Program-made: the position numbers and the translations under genes
Notes under the pieces: generated by a model
Seen by the model: only the letters and a program-made list of their open reading frames with translations
Told to the model about the DNA's origin: nothing
Database searches by the model: none
Shown here: piece after piece, positions 49,523 to 58,156 of the stretch
Position numbering within the stretch: the stretch's first letter is position 1
Layout: each line of letters starts with the position of its first letter
Source of the DNA: Escherichia phage AV111
Sequence record: OR352941.1
Strand: one strand, 5' to 3'
Length of the DNA: 64,000 nt

Positions 49523-50836
49523 TCAAATAAAATGGACGTCAAAACGACCACGAGTCGTGCCGACATATAGTAATTGTTTGGCTAATTCTGAATCGGCATA
49601 ATGGATACACGGTGTATAAACAAAGGCCGTGTCAACAGATATACCCTGGGCCTTATGGAAGGTTGATACAGGTAGTGCCTTCACCTTAGTGAACATGCGT
49701 TTAGCATCCCAGAATTCGCTCCATGGAGCTTTACCGCCTTTATTCCAGAATTTGTATGTTTCTGCGGTCTTAGCCAAAAACAAATTGAATTTATAAAGCT
49801 CTTCTTCAGAAGAAATAACCTTTATATCCTCTCGGACGTATTCCTCATCATCACCATATGTTTCTACTGTAAGATTCCAGTATCGTATCATATATTCGCC
49901 TGAAACACCACGTGCTTTAACGAATGTAGACGTTTCTACAGCATCTCGAATACGAACGAATTGCCCATTATTGAAAAGCATTTCGGTCATATTTTTACCG
50001 TCTAGCTTATATGTCTTAGTAAATGGCTCTTGTAGAACAATGACTTCGTCTTTAATAAATGGTTTTTCTGTTTCAAGAAGTTTTCGGCGAATAATTGAAT
50101 TTAACTTGTCCACCGACTTATTTGTGAATGCCATCATTCGATTTTCGAAAAGGTCTTCAGGAGTTTTAACGACGTTAAAATAGTTCATCATATACGATTT
50201 AAGGTCTGTATATCCATGAACGCCGTGCCCATCAACTACTTTATCGTAAATCCATTTGCCATTACGAATATCAGTCGCAACATCAATAATTGGTGCATTG
50301 CTACGTTTAACTTCTGTAAGGTTGCATTGCACGAAGTCTTTGTGAGTGAAGAAAGGACTTAGATACGCAGTTGATTCGCCTGGGTCTACCGGACGAATCT
50401 GGCATCGGTCGCCGATTCCAATTACTGTACACCATTTAGGGATACTAGCTAACATTATTTTAAACAGAGAACGGTCGCACATTGACGCTTCATCAAATAA
50501 CAGTACACGACACAAGGCTAAGTCGGGAACCTTTTTCTGTTCAAACAATACGTTTTCTTCGTATGTAGTTGGGTTGATTTTAAGAATGCTATGAATAGTC
50601 GATGCTTCTTGACCCGCAAGTTTGCTTAGAACCTTTTTAGCGGCATGTGTAGGGGCTGCTAAAATAATACCTGATTCTCCTGAAGAAATAAGAGCTTCAA
50701 CAATAAATCTAGTAAGGGTTGTTTTACCTGTACCAGCCGGTCCATTAATAGTTACATGATGTTTCTTTTCTTTAATAGCTTCCATAACAACGTTGAAGGC
50801 GTTTTTCTGGCCTTCAGTCAAATCATCAAATGTCAT
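49523..50836 (-). CDS. dda: Dda DNA helicase (SF1B), 437 aa
   Basis: MTFDDLTEGQKNAFN...INGPAGTGKTTLT... matches T4 Dda; Walker A present. Confidence 0.9.
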   Translation of the reverse strand: MTFDDLTEGQKNAFNVVMEAIKEKKHHVTINGPAGTGKTTLTRFIVEALISSGESGIILAAPTHAAKKVLSKLAGQEASTIHSILKINPTTYEENVLFEQKKVPDLALCRVLLFDEASMCDRSLFKIMLASIPKWCTVIGIGDRCQIRPVDPGESTAYLSPFFTHKDFVQCNLTEVKRSNAPIIDVATDIRNGKWIYDKVVDGHGVHGYTDLKSYMMNYFNVVKTPEDLFENRMMAFTNKSVDKLNSIIRRKLLETEKPFIKDEVIVLQEPFTKTYKLDGKNMTEMLFNNGQFVRIRDAVETSTFVKARGVSGEYMIRYWNLTVETYGDDEEYVREDIKVISSEEELYKFNLFLAKTAETYKFWNKGGKAPWSEFWDAKRMFTKVKALPVSTFHKAQGISVDTAFVYTPCIHYADSELAKQLLYVGTTRGRFDVHFI

Positions 50837-51144
50837 CGTAAAGTCCCTGCAATTGGAATACTAACAATACGGCCAGTGTCCAGGATTCGTTGATACAATC
50901 TTTGCGTCTCCGCATCTAGTTTAATGTGTTTCATTTCAAGCTTATTAAACCAGAACTTACGCGGAGTTTCGACCATTCTTAGAACTCCCATTTTTAAATC
51001 TGTTTTATACTGTGTTTTCAAAGTATCGAAAACTTTATCTGCAATATCCTTTCTAAAAAATACTGCAGGACGATGCTCATCAAGTGGAACCGGGACAGTA
51101 AATCCTTCCATATCTCGATAAACTATTGCATATACATAAACCAT
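50833..51144 (-). CDS. hypothetical protein, 103 aa (dda.1 position)
   Basis: ORF track. Confidence 0.5.
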   Translation of the reverse strand: MVYVYAIVYRDMEGFTVPVPLDEHRPAVFFRKDIADKVFDTLKTQYKTDLKMGVLRMVETPRKFWFNKLEMKHIKLDAETQRLYQRILDTGRIVSIPIAGTLR

Positions 51145-51146
51145 AA

Positions 51147-51893
51147 TTAACCTTTAATCAGTTGGAATAATGATGCGCTAAGTGGTAAGCCACGTTTCAA
51201 TTTTAATTTACCAATGAAACCAATCTTTTCAAAACGTTGCAGACCTTGGATAACTTTATCATATGTATCGAAAAGCGATTCAGCGTCAGTTAATTTAGTT
51301 TTAGTTTTCCAGTCAGAGCCTTTAAGAAGAACGTTGAGTTTAGTAAGTTCATGGCCTTCTGCTTGATGTGAGCCATTAATGCGTGCTTTCAAAGCAACAA
51401 TTCTAAGTTTAGATTCGTTAGATAAAGGTTGATTTTTCATCATGTTCGCCATATGCTTAACACGATTTTCACGTTTTGCTCGGATTTTTAAAATAGTATC
51501 ATAAACCTTTTTAATTTGGGCCCATTTCTTCTCGTCGAGATTAAGTTTCTCTACTTTACGGGCAGAAGGATTAGCAATACGTCTTGCAACAGCGTCACGT
51601 TTCTCAATAAGTTCTTCTAATGTTAAATCAGAACGAGCCGTGTTATATTTTTTCTTAACTGGGATAACATTACCTTTAATGTAGCCGATATCGTTATTAA
51701 AACGTTCTAAGGATAATTTCTCACCTTCAACAGAGTTATTAAAGGATTCGCCTGAGTAAGCGCAGACCTTTTGATCAAGAATGTTTTTAAGGTAATTAAA
51801 GTCTAAGTTAAAATCCTTAGAGCGTCTCTTCGCAGAAGCTCTGGTGTGGTCAAGACGACGATTGATTTTGTTAATTTTATTATTTGATAACAT
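51147..51893 (-). CDS. hypothetical protein, 248 aa (srd position); N-terminal region has an HNH-like ERFNNDIGYIKGNVIPV signature
   Basis: Synteny with T4 srd; motif seen by eye only. Confidence 0.4.
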   Translation of the reverse strand: MLSNNKINKINRRLDHTRASAKRRSKDFNLDFNYLKNILDQKVCAYSGESFNNSVEGEKLSLERFNNDIGYIKGNVIPVKKKYNTARSDLTLEELIEKRDAVARRIANPSARKVEKLNLDEKKWAQIKKVYDTILKIRAKRENRVKHMANMMKNQPLSNESKLRIVALKARINGSHQAEGHELTKLNVLLKGSDWKTKTKLTDAESLFDTYDKVIQGLQRFEKIGFIGKLKLKRGLPLSASLFQLIKG

Positions 51894-51934
51894 AATATTT
51901 TCCTCTGTCTTACGGACGTTAAGGTCATTTAGCT

Positions 51935-51972
51935 GATAAGTCTATAATATCATGCCCTCAGGTAGTGTACAC
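51935..51972 (-). promoter_or_regulatory. T4-type early promoter (variant -35)
   Basis: plus-strand ctgataagtctataatatcat 51931-51951; gtgtacac 51966-51973. Confidence 0.35.
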
Positions 51973-52046
51973 TCTTTTTTCGTAAAATGCTTTAATTTTT
52001 TATGTGTTATAATGGTTCTGAGTTCCATCCGGTTATTCCAATTCAG

Positions 52047-52655
52047 TCAGTAACTGACAATAGACAGATTCCAGATTGTATAACGTCCATCTTGAATAAT
52101 AGAATCTACACGCAGTGTAGTCCCTATAGGGAGCATAAATTCACATTCGTCAGATATAAGTCTAGCATTAGACCGTCTTGTCGCTTCAGGGAAAGCTCCA
52201 TTGAACTCACAAGATGGCGCAGCCAGAATCATGTTAAGCATATGTTCACGGAAGTTGAAAGCAAATGGTGCATCTTTGATGCAGAACATATTAAATGTTC
52301 CGTAAAAATTATACGAAGCAAAGTTACGTGCTACACCGAACACTGGGCTGAAGCTCATTACTCTGTCAAATTTAATAATACTACCAATGCCTTTATCATC
52401 AAGTGTGGCCATAGTTTTCTTAGAGATTCCACGATACATTGTCTCAGGAACAGAAGACGTCCAATTTCTACGAACGATTGAACTTAACTCCTGTTGAATA
52501 CAGTCTGGCTTGTTTTCCATACACTGCCAAAGGATGCTTTGTTCATTATCGTTGAATTGACTATCAATTTCGTACTGCAATACATCTTGATATTCGGGGG
52601 TTTGAGCACGACGAACCATTTCTTCAATTTCACACTCGTTATACGGCATAAACAT
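52047..52655 (-). CDS. modA: ADP-ribosyltransferase (ModA-like), 202 aa
   Basis: ART R-S-E signature: YRGIS, SFSP, ECEFMLP; paralogue of next ORF; modA versus modB assigned by order only. Confidence 0.6.
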   Translation of the reverse strand: MFMPYNECEIEEMVRRAQTPEYQDVLQYEIDSQFNDNEQSILWQCMENKPDCIQQELSSIVRRNWTSSVPETMYRGISKKTMATLDDKGIGSIIKFDRVMSFSPVFGVARNFASYNFYGTFNMFCIKDAPFAFNFREHMLNMILAAPSCEFNGAFPEATRRSNARLISDECEFMLPIGTTLRVDSIIQDGRYTIWNLSIVSY

Positions 52656-52674
52656 TTAGGTTTCTCCTGTGGTT

Positions 52675-52712
52675 GATAGAGGTATAGTATCATCATCGGA
52701 AGAGTTTGTACA
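52675..52712 (-). promoter_or_regulatory. T4-type early promoter (variant -35)
   Basis: plus-strand tgatagaggtatagtatcat 52675-52694; tttgtacac 52707-52715. Confidence 0.35.
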
Positions 52713-53294
52713 CTAAAAATTCAACATTTTCAAATGAATGATTTTGTATAATCGAGATAAAGGGTCATATTCTAAGTCTTCAATTTCCACAATCTCAAAT
52801 CTAGAGATACCTGAGACCATGTACTCTTGTTCAGATTCAATCATATCTAGGACGTCAACACGCTTTTCTTCCATAATATGCTTAGGGTTCTTTCCGGCGA
52901 GTACAATGTTAACCATGTTTTGGTAGTAATCAAAAATGAATGGAGCATTCCTGAGACTAAGAATAGTGTACGTCTGATACTCCCAACTCCCAGAGAATTG
53001 ACGAGCTGTACTGAAATCAGTTGTGAACGATGTTACTCGTCCAGGAGACCAATGACATCCAACAGAAAGAAGTGAAAGACGTTCTACTTCTTCTGGAGTT
53101 ACACCACGGTAGAGTTCTACTGGTACTGTAGAAGTCATATGCTTACGAACAAGATGGTCTAATTCATAGTGGAAATCCGGGTCTTCCTTAGAATCGGTGC
53201 AAGCCCAGAGAATGTTTTGTTCTTGTTTAGTGAATTTGCTATCAATCAGATTTGTTAGGTATTCACGTTCTTGAAGTTCAGATTGACATGTCAT
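52713..53294 (-). CDS. modB: ADP-ribosyltransferase (ModB-like), 193 aa
   Basis: ART signature YRGVT, SFTT, EQEYMVSG. Confidence 0.6.
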   Translation of the reverse strand: MTCQSELQEREYLTNLIDSKFTKQEQNILWACTDSKEDPDFHYELDHLVRKHMTSTVPVELYRGVTPEEVERLSLLSVGCHWSPGRVTSFTTDFSTARQFSGSWEYQTYTILSLRNAPFIFDYYQNMVNIVLAGKNPKHIMEEKRVDVLDMIESEQEYMVSGISRFEIVEIEDLEYDPLSRLYKIIHLKMLNF

Positions 53295-53309
53295 GATAGA
53301 CCTCCATTT

Positions 53310-53349
53310 AAAGATAAGCCTATCATAACACGAGAGGAGGGAATGTAAA
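53310..53349 (-). promoter_or_regulatory. T4-type early promoter
   Basis: plus-strand gtaaac 53344-53349; ataagcctatcataacac 53323-53340. Confidence 0.35.
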
Positions 53350-53510
53350 CTACTTTTTAAGCTTTCCTACTAAAGGTCCATCAGGGCCAGGTTGTTCTAA
53401 CATGAATAACGATGCTTTAAAAAGCAATGTTAACCCTTTCACCATTCGATACCATGTCTCAAAGTCTTTTTCCTTGATTTCTAGTAAAAATTTCTCTTTC
53501 AATTTATCTT

Positions 53511-53699
53511 TCATTTCCAAGGACTCCATGGTGGAGGGTCGTCATAATAAGAGGCAAGGTCTTTCAGGGCTTCAACAGGTAAACTAAAGCCGTGTCGTTG
53601 TATAATACTATCTAGTTCATCAACAAGTTCACTACGATGCACTTTAGGAGCCTCAACTTCAGGCTCGTCAAACATACTCATAAGGTCCATATTATTCAC
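53511..53699 (-). CDS. hypothetical acidic protein, 62 aa
   Basis: ORF track. Confidence 0.4.
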   Translation of the reverse strand: MNNMDLMSMFDEPEVEAPKVHRSELVDELDSIIQRHGFSLPVEALKDLASYYDDPPPWSPWK

Positions 53700-54156
53700 C
53701 TAAATAAAAACTAGGCTGCTCGGAGAATGTTTCTAGCGCTACACCTTTTGTCTTAAAAAATTTCCAAATAGCTCGTTGCAAATGGATTAAATCTGCTAAT
53801 GATGTAATAAAGTATTTTTTGGCAAAATACTTATGGTCTCGATTTTCAAACAAGTCTAAACGCTTTTCAGGATTCACATAAACGGCATTTTCCGTAGATT
53901 CATAACCTAAGTCCTTTATGCCTTCTTCAAGACTAAACGGAGAATTTTTAGAATGAGTAATAGCTCCAACTCGCTCTACACGAATTTTGTAACCTTTAGG
54001 AATCTGCAATTTGCAGAATTCTTCTACGATATATTGCGGATTATTTAGACTTTTGTTAATGAGAATAGCTATTTCTAGTGGAGTCTTATCTTCTACTGGT
54101 ATATGTTTAAATGACTTGGCTTCAAGCAAATACATTTTAAATAACATAGCATCCAT
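53692..54156 (-). CDS. hypothetical protein, 154 aa
   Basis: ORF track; GAGGAAATTATAATG start context. Confidence 0.5.
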   Translation of the reverse strand: MDAMLFKMYLLEAKSFKHIPVEDKTPLEIAILINKSLNNPQYIVEEFCKLQIPKGYKIRVERVGAITHSKNSPFSLEEGIKDLGYESTENAVYVNPEKRLDLFENRDHKYFAKKYFITSLADLIHLQRAIWKFFKTKGVALETFSEQPSFYLGE

Positions 54157-54161
54157 TATAA

Positions 54162-54335
54162 TTTCCTCGATGGTTCACCCATATAAAGTTTTACAATACG
54201 TTCGCCTTCATCTTCGACGAGCTTTTCTTCATGTTTCTGGAATTCTTTAGCCATATTCTCTTCAAGAACATCCAGCCAATCTTCTGGTCCGACACCATCA
54301 TTCCAGCTTTTAAACCATTTTACTATTCTGTTCAT
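54162..54335 (-). CDS. hypothetical protein, 57 aa
   Basis: Hand-translated MNRIVKWFKSWNDGVGPEDWLDVLEENMAKEFQKHEEKLVEDEGERIVKLYMGEPSRKL; GGGAG SD. Confidence 0.35.
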
Positions 54336-54533
54336 TCGCAGCTCCCTGAGTCCGAACTACAATCGGAATAACTTGAACCAGAATCTCCAGACCAGGATGA
54401 TACGTAAGAATGATTATAACTTGAAGAGTTTGAAGCAGACTTAGGACGAATAACTTCTTCCATCATGCCGTCACCAATGTATTCCCAACTTTTTTCATGT
54501 GTATCAGGAATAGGCATCATACCTTCGCCTGGT

Positions 54534-54761
54534 TTAGCAGCAAACAACTTCTTCAGCATCGTAAGCATTAATTGTTCCTCGAACAAAACGAACACCACCA
54601 TCATCCCAACGGATTTCGGCATTAAATTTGACGTCTTCACCATCCATCATGAATGAGTGTACGACTACGTCATCATAATATCCAAGACCGTATTTCAACG
54701 AAACTTCTTGTGCAATCAAAGCGCCTAATGTGTTATTAGGTTTAATCCAACGATTTAACAT
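54534..54761 (-). CDS. hypothetical protein, 75 aa
   Basis: ORF track; early promoter upstream. Confidence 0.45.
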   Translation of the reverse strand: MLNRWIKPNNTLGALIAQEVSLKYGLGYYDDVVVHSFMMDGEDVKFNAEIRWDDGGVRFVRGTINAYDAEEVVCC

Positions 54762-54789
54762 ATTGTTTTCCTCTTGAGTAAGTAAGAAT

Positions 54790-54822
54790 ATCTTAACACA
54801 GTTTTTAGTGGATGTAAACTCT
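54790..54822 (-). promoter_or_regulatory. T4-type early promoter
   Basis: plus-strand gtaaac about 54817-54822; agtaagaatatcttaacac 54781-54799. Confidence 0.35.
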
Positions 54823-54824
54823 AG

Positions 54825-54856
54825 AAACGAAAAAAGGAATCCCGAAGGATTCCTTA
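54825..54856 (-). terminator. terminator 3' of soc (AGGAAUCC-UUCG-GGAUUCCU + U-rich)
   Basis: aggaatcccgaaggattcct at 54835-54854. Confidence 0.5.
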
Positions 54857-54862
54857 AATTAT

Positions 54863-55099
54863 TTAACCACCTACTTCCGTGGGTGTGAACATTGCTTTGT
54901 TCTTAGTACGCCAATCTGCTGCGTCAGTCACCACAGTAGTGTAAGCAGCTTTTTCAGACGGGAAAGTCTGATAATGAGCATCAGCAATTCGGTGCTCATT
55001 TGAGTAAATCTCAAACGGTACAGAAACTTCCATACCTTTAACTTCTTTACCTTCACCAGCAGGATGCGTAAAGGTTTTGATGTTTACATAACCACCCAT
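54863..55099 (-). CDS. soc: small outer capsid protein Soc, 78 aa
   Basis: GYVNIKTF and AHYQTFPSEKAAY match T4 Soc. Confidence 0.85.
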   Translation of the reverse strand: MGGYVNIKTFTHPAGEGKEVKGMEVSVPFEIYSNEHRIADAHYQTFPSEKAAYTTVVTDAADWRTKNKAMFTPTEVGG

Positions 55100-55130
55100 A
55101 ATTAACTCCTTTGTTGTTTAATTACAGGTG

Positions 55131-55138
55131 TATTTATA
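55131..55138 (-). promoter_or_regulatory. late promoter TATAAATA (minus strand) for soc
   Basis: plus-strand tatttata in the 45-nt gap between gene 56 stop and soc start. Confidence 0.6.
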
Positions 55139-55144
55139 ACTTAA

Positions 55145-55666
55145 TTAGTAACCATTATCCTGACGTTCAAAGTTGTGTTGGTTTTTCAAGTAGTAAAGTT
55201 TAAAGATTTCTTCTGCTGTAAGACCAAGACCCTGGAACATATTCAGAACGAAATGAAGAATATCAATCATCTCAAATTTAATTTCAAGCTGGTCTTCAGG
55301 AGACAGTTCATCGATACGACGATTTCGATATTCAGCATGTTGTGCTTTCCATGGCTTCCATACAGAGCTAGCGGCTTTTTCACCATTGCTCATACCGCCA
55401 AGTGAAGTCAGCAGTTCACGGAATTCGTCATCAATATAATCTTTCTGATTACGCAGCCAATCAACAACATCGCCTGCAGTGGCCAATTCATCAGGATGTT
55501 TGTTATGTTCAGGCTTGTCATTTGCCAGACGAACCTGTAAAGATTTCTGCATATCAAGCATTACCTGCAGTGGGTCTTTATCTTCGTGAATCAGAGCATT
55601 AAAATAAGCTTCTTCTGCTTTATCAACGCCTTCGATCAGTTGACTACATTCGTTGAAATGTGGCAT
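55145..55666 (-). CDS. 56: dCTPase / dUTPase gp56 (dCTP pyrophosphatase), about 173 aa
   Basis: MPHFNECSQLIEGVDKAEEAYF...DPLQVMLDMQ...ELATAGDVVDW... near-identical in outline to T4 gp56; own SD AAGGAAA upstream of ATG 55664-55666. Confidence 0.85.
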   Translation of the reverse strand: MPHFNECSQLIEGVDKAEEAYFNALIHEDKDPLQVMLDMQKSLQVRLANDKPEHNKHPDELATAGDVVDWLRNQKDYIDDEFRELLTSLGGMSNGEKAASSVWKPWKAQHAEYRNRRIDELSPEDQLEIKFEMIDILHFVLNMFQGLGLTAEEIFKLYYLKNQHNFERQDNGY

Positions 55667-56317
55667 GTTATTTTCCTTTCTTATGAAGTTTTCTATCATA
55701 TGTCTATAGCAGATATTAGGATAACCTGCCTTGACAGCTATTTTATTAAATTTTGTGCGCTTAGGTCTATTATTATAAACCCATAATTCATAAAGCGCAT
55801 CATAACTATTCCATATTTCTCCTCGCCTAGGATTTGGTAAACCATATCGAGGCGAATTTTTACCGCTAAATCTTCCTTTTCGGGCTTTACTCATATTAGC
55901 CTTGGCTTCATCGGATATAATTTTACCTTTATGAGCTAGACGCATTTTAGCTTTAGTTTCTTCTGGAGTCTTTTTACCTTTAATCCATGACGGCTTGCCA
56001 TATCTAGGATTATTTTCACCCGAGAAAAGAACAGAGTTTTGGATTTTAAGGGTTTCTATTAATCTACTTGTTAATTTAACACCTTTATTATATCGCATTA
56101 AATTTACAGCATAATGCAATCCTCTCACATCTGGATATATTTTAGTTAATAATCTATGAGCTATAAAATGCTCACGCGCAGTTAACTCAACAAGATTGTT
56201 TTTGCCATCTGCTCCTCCCATACATCTAGGAATTATATGATGGCGTTCTTTATATCCGCAAAGCCGCCGGCATTTAGCTTTTGTAATTAAAGCAGAGTAA
56301 ATTTTTTGGTAATTCAC
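55145..56317 (-). CDS. Mob-like HNH endonuclease ORF (N-terminal about 217 aa) reading in frame, with no stop codon, into gene 56
   Basis: ORF track gives one 390-aa frame; N-terminus MNYQKIYSALITKAKCRRL...HHIIPRCMGGADGKNNLVELTAREHFIAHRLL is the same family as the nrdA-internal and 39-adjacent HNH ORFs. Confidence 0.6.
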   Translation of the reverse strand: MNYQKIYSALITKAKCRRLCGYKERHHIIPRCMGGADGKNNLVELTAREHFIAHRLLTKIYPDVRGLHYAVNLMRYNKGVKLTSRLIETLKIQNSVLFSGENNPRYGKPSWIKGKKTPEETKAKMRLAHKGKIISDEAKANMSKARKGRFSGKNSPRYGLPNPRRGEIWNSYDALYELWVYNNRPKRTKFNKIAVKAGYPNICYRHMIENFIRKENNMPHFNECSQLIEGVDKAEEAYFNALIHEDKDPLQVMLDMQKSLQVRLANDKPEHNKHPDELATAGDVVDWLRNQKDYIDDEFRELLTSLGGMSNGEKAASSVWKPWKAQHAEYRNRRIDELSPEDQLEIKFEMIDILHFVLNMFQGLGLTAEEIFKLYYLKNQHNFERQDNGY

Positions 56318-56405
56318 ATATATCCTTTCAATTCAGTATAAAAGAGTTTAATTCTAACATTAATTTTATAAAGCGTAATAAATAATAGGTAACTAAGGAG
56401 ATATT

Positions 56406-56603
56406 ATGTTTAAACTTCCGTCGTTAATCAACGCTATTAAAGGCAATAAAAAGAAAACTGCTATCGCTGCAATAGTTGTAGGTGGCATTATTTCATGGAA
56501 CTTCGGGATTGCACCATTGTTAGTTGCCCATGGTATTATAGTTCCTTCCGTTCCATTGGATACTGTAGTTGATTTGGCCTTTGCTATTATAGGGCTTGTT
56601 TAA
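56406..56603 (+). CDS. small hydrophobic protein, 65 aa, on the strand opposite to the surrounding early genes
   Basis: Strong SD AAGGAGA 7 nt upstream of ATG; two predicted hydrophobic segments; convergent with gene 61. Confidence 0.45.
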   Translation: MFKLPSLINAIKGNKKKTAIAAIVVGGIISWNFGIAPLLVAHGIIVPSVPLDTVVDLAFAIIGLV

Positions 56604-57622
56604 ATCTTCGAATAACGAGATAATCTCATTTTAGCATGCAACCCACTTGAAATATTCTGTTTCATATATTCTAAAATTTCTTGTGGTGTTGCATTTTCTT
56701 TCATTACCATATCATTCACATCCTTTGATCTCCATGGAGCTAGGTCCCAGAACATGACACGTTCGCCTGCATCAACTAATCGCTTCATGCGAGCTATAGT
56801 ATCCGGATGCCTAGGTTCATTATCCATTACCCATACCCGACGTTCTTTAAATGGTACCACATCTAAATCTATTGAGCCGCCTGTAATAGCGATTGCATTG
56901 GGTATGAATAAACTATCAATAGGGCCTTCCATTACCCAGACGTCTCCTTCCTTAACACGTTCAACACCATAAATTTTTGTTGCAGACTCAAACGCTTTAA
57001 TAGTGATATATTTCTGAGGAGCATCTTTGCGAAGTGCACGTCCTTGAAATGACTCGGCCTTCCCATCTTTATTAAAAATAGGAATCACTAAACGTGGTTC
57101 AGGAATCTCTTTCTTATACGTACCCGGTTGAATCTTGTTGACCAATTTGGGCCATTCTAATGTGAACCATAATCTGTTCCATGATTCTTTAGGAATACAC
57201 CGAGACTTAACATATTTCACAATAGGATGCTCTTCAGGCAACTTGTCTAGACGAGAACAAGACGGCAAAGAATTTATAGTCTTTTTCTCTGGCTCCGGTT
57301 TAGCTTCAGGAACCTTTTCAATCTTTGGTTCCATTCTAGCTTTTTCTTTACGAACTTCCATTAGATATTCGCGATAAAGCTCTTCATCATACTCTTTTAA
57401 GTATCCGGAAATTGTATTGTGGTATTGACAGTTATAGCAATGCACATTACCAGGAGTACCGCCATAATACCATCCGCGAGCTTTCATTGCATCTGTCTGG
57501 GAGTCGCCACAAACTGGACATCGAAATGTTAATTTAAATGTGCTTGAATTATTGATTTGTCTAAAACGAGGTAGGTGAGAAAACGCACGATAAGCAAATT
57601 CATTATCTATCCATTCAGCCAT
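56600..57622 (-). CDS. 61: DNA primase gp61, 340 aa
   Basis: N-terminal zinc ribbon (CPVCGDS ... CYNCQYH) and TOPRIM region matching T4 gp61. Confidence 0.9.
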   Translation of the reverse strand: MAEWIDNEFAYRAFSHLPRFRQINNSSTFKLTFRCPVCGDSQTDAMKARGWYYGGTPGNVHCYNCQYHNTISGYLKEYDEELYREYLMEVRKEKARMEPKIEKVPEAKPEPEKKTINSLPSCSRLDKLPEEHPIVKYVKSRCIPKESWNRLWFTLEWPKLVNKIQPGTYKKEIPEPRLVIPIFNKDGKAESFQGRALRKDAPQKYITIKAFESATKIYGVERVKEGDVWVMEGPIDSLFIPNAIAITGGSIDLDVVPFKERRVWVMDNEPRHPDTIARMKRLVDAGERVMFWDLAPWRSKDVNDMVMKENATPQEILEYMKQNISSGLHAKMRLSRYSKI

Positions 57623-57661
57623 AGTATTCTCCAGAGGCCTTAAATTAATAAGGCCATCTTA

Positions 57662-58156
57662 TCACAACTTATTAATATTTACTTTAATTCGCTTTCTTTT
57701 CTTGGAAGGAATTTGTTCGGGACCTTTATTTACGACTGCACCTGTAGTTGTTCCTGATGCAATAGCTTGAGGGCTGCCACCTGAATCGCCAGCAACCATA
57801 TCCTCAAATAAAGGGAGCTCTTTAAATATTTCTTTCTGTTGTTCTTCCGTAATGTTATAGCGTGAAGCTACAGCACTCCAGGCAGACATCATTGAGGCCA
57901 TTCCATTAAGACCTGGAACAGTGCTCATCATTCGCTTCATTGAACGAACTGAAGCATGAAAAGGTGTATACGCCGCTTTTTCTTCGGGAGTAGAAGGACG
58001 TTTAAGAACACTTCCACGTTCATCGATGATTTTGGCTTCGTATGCTTTCCATTCGGTAAAAGGTTTTTGCATTAGTCGAATAAACTTATATGCGTAAACA
58101 GAATCTATTGCAGTGTTAATAATACCCATAGGTACCTCCTGAGTATATTTAATCAA
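57662..58156 (-). CDS. hypothetical protein, 164 aa (61.1 position); basic C-terminal tail
   Basis: ORF track; start codon appears to be TTG or an internal ATG. Confidence 0.45.
   Translation of the reverse strand: MIKYTQEVPMGIINTAIDSVYAYKFIRLMQKPFTEWKAYEAKIIDERGSVLKRPSTPEEKAAYTPFHASVRSMKRMMSTVPGLNGMASMMSAWSAVASRYNITEEQQKEIFKELPLFEDMVAGDSGGSPQAIASGTTTGAVVNKGPEQIPSKKRKRIKVNINKL

Noticed and set aside
54332-54643. Ser-rich 103-aa minus-strand ORF overlapping the 54534..54761 ORF
   Set aside because: It overlaps the neighbouring ORF by 110 nt and its C-terminal half is low-complexity (SSDSGS); cannot be supported over the alternatives. A 57-aa ORF (54162..54335) with a proper SD accounts for the downstream part of the interval.
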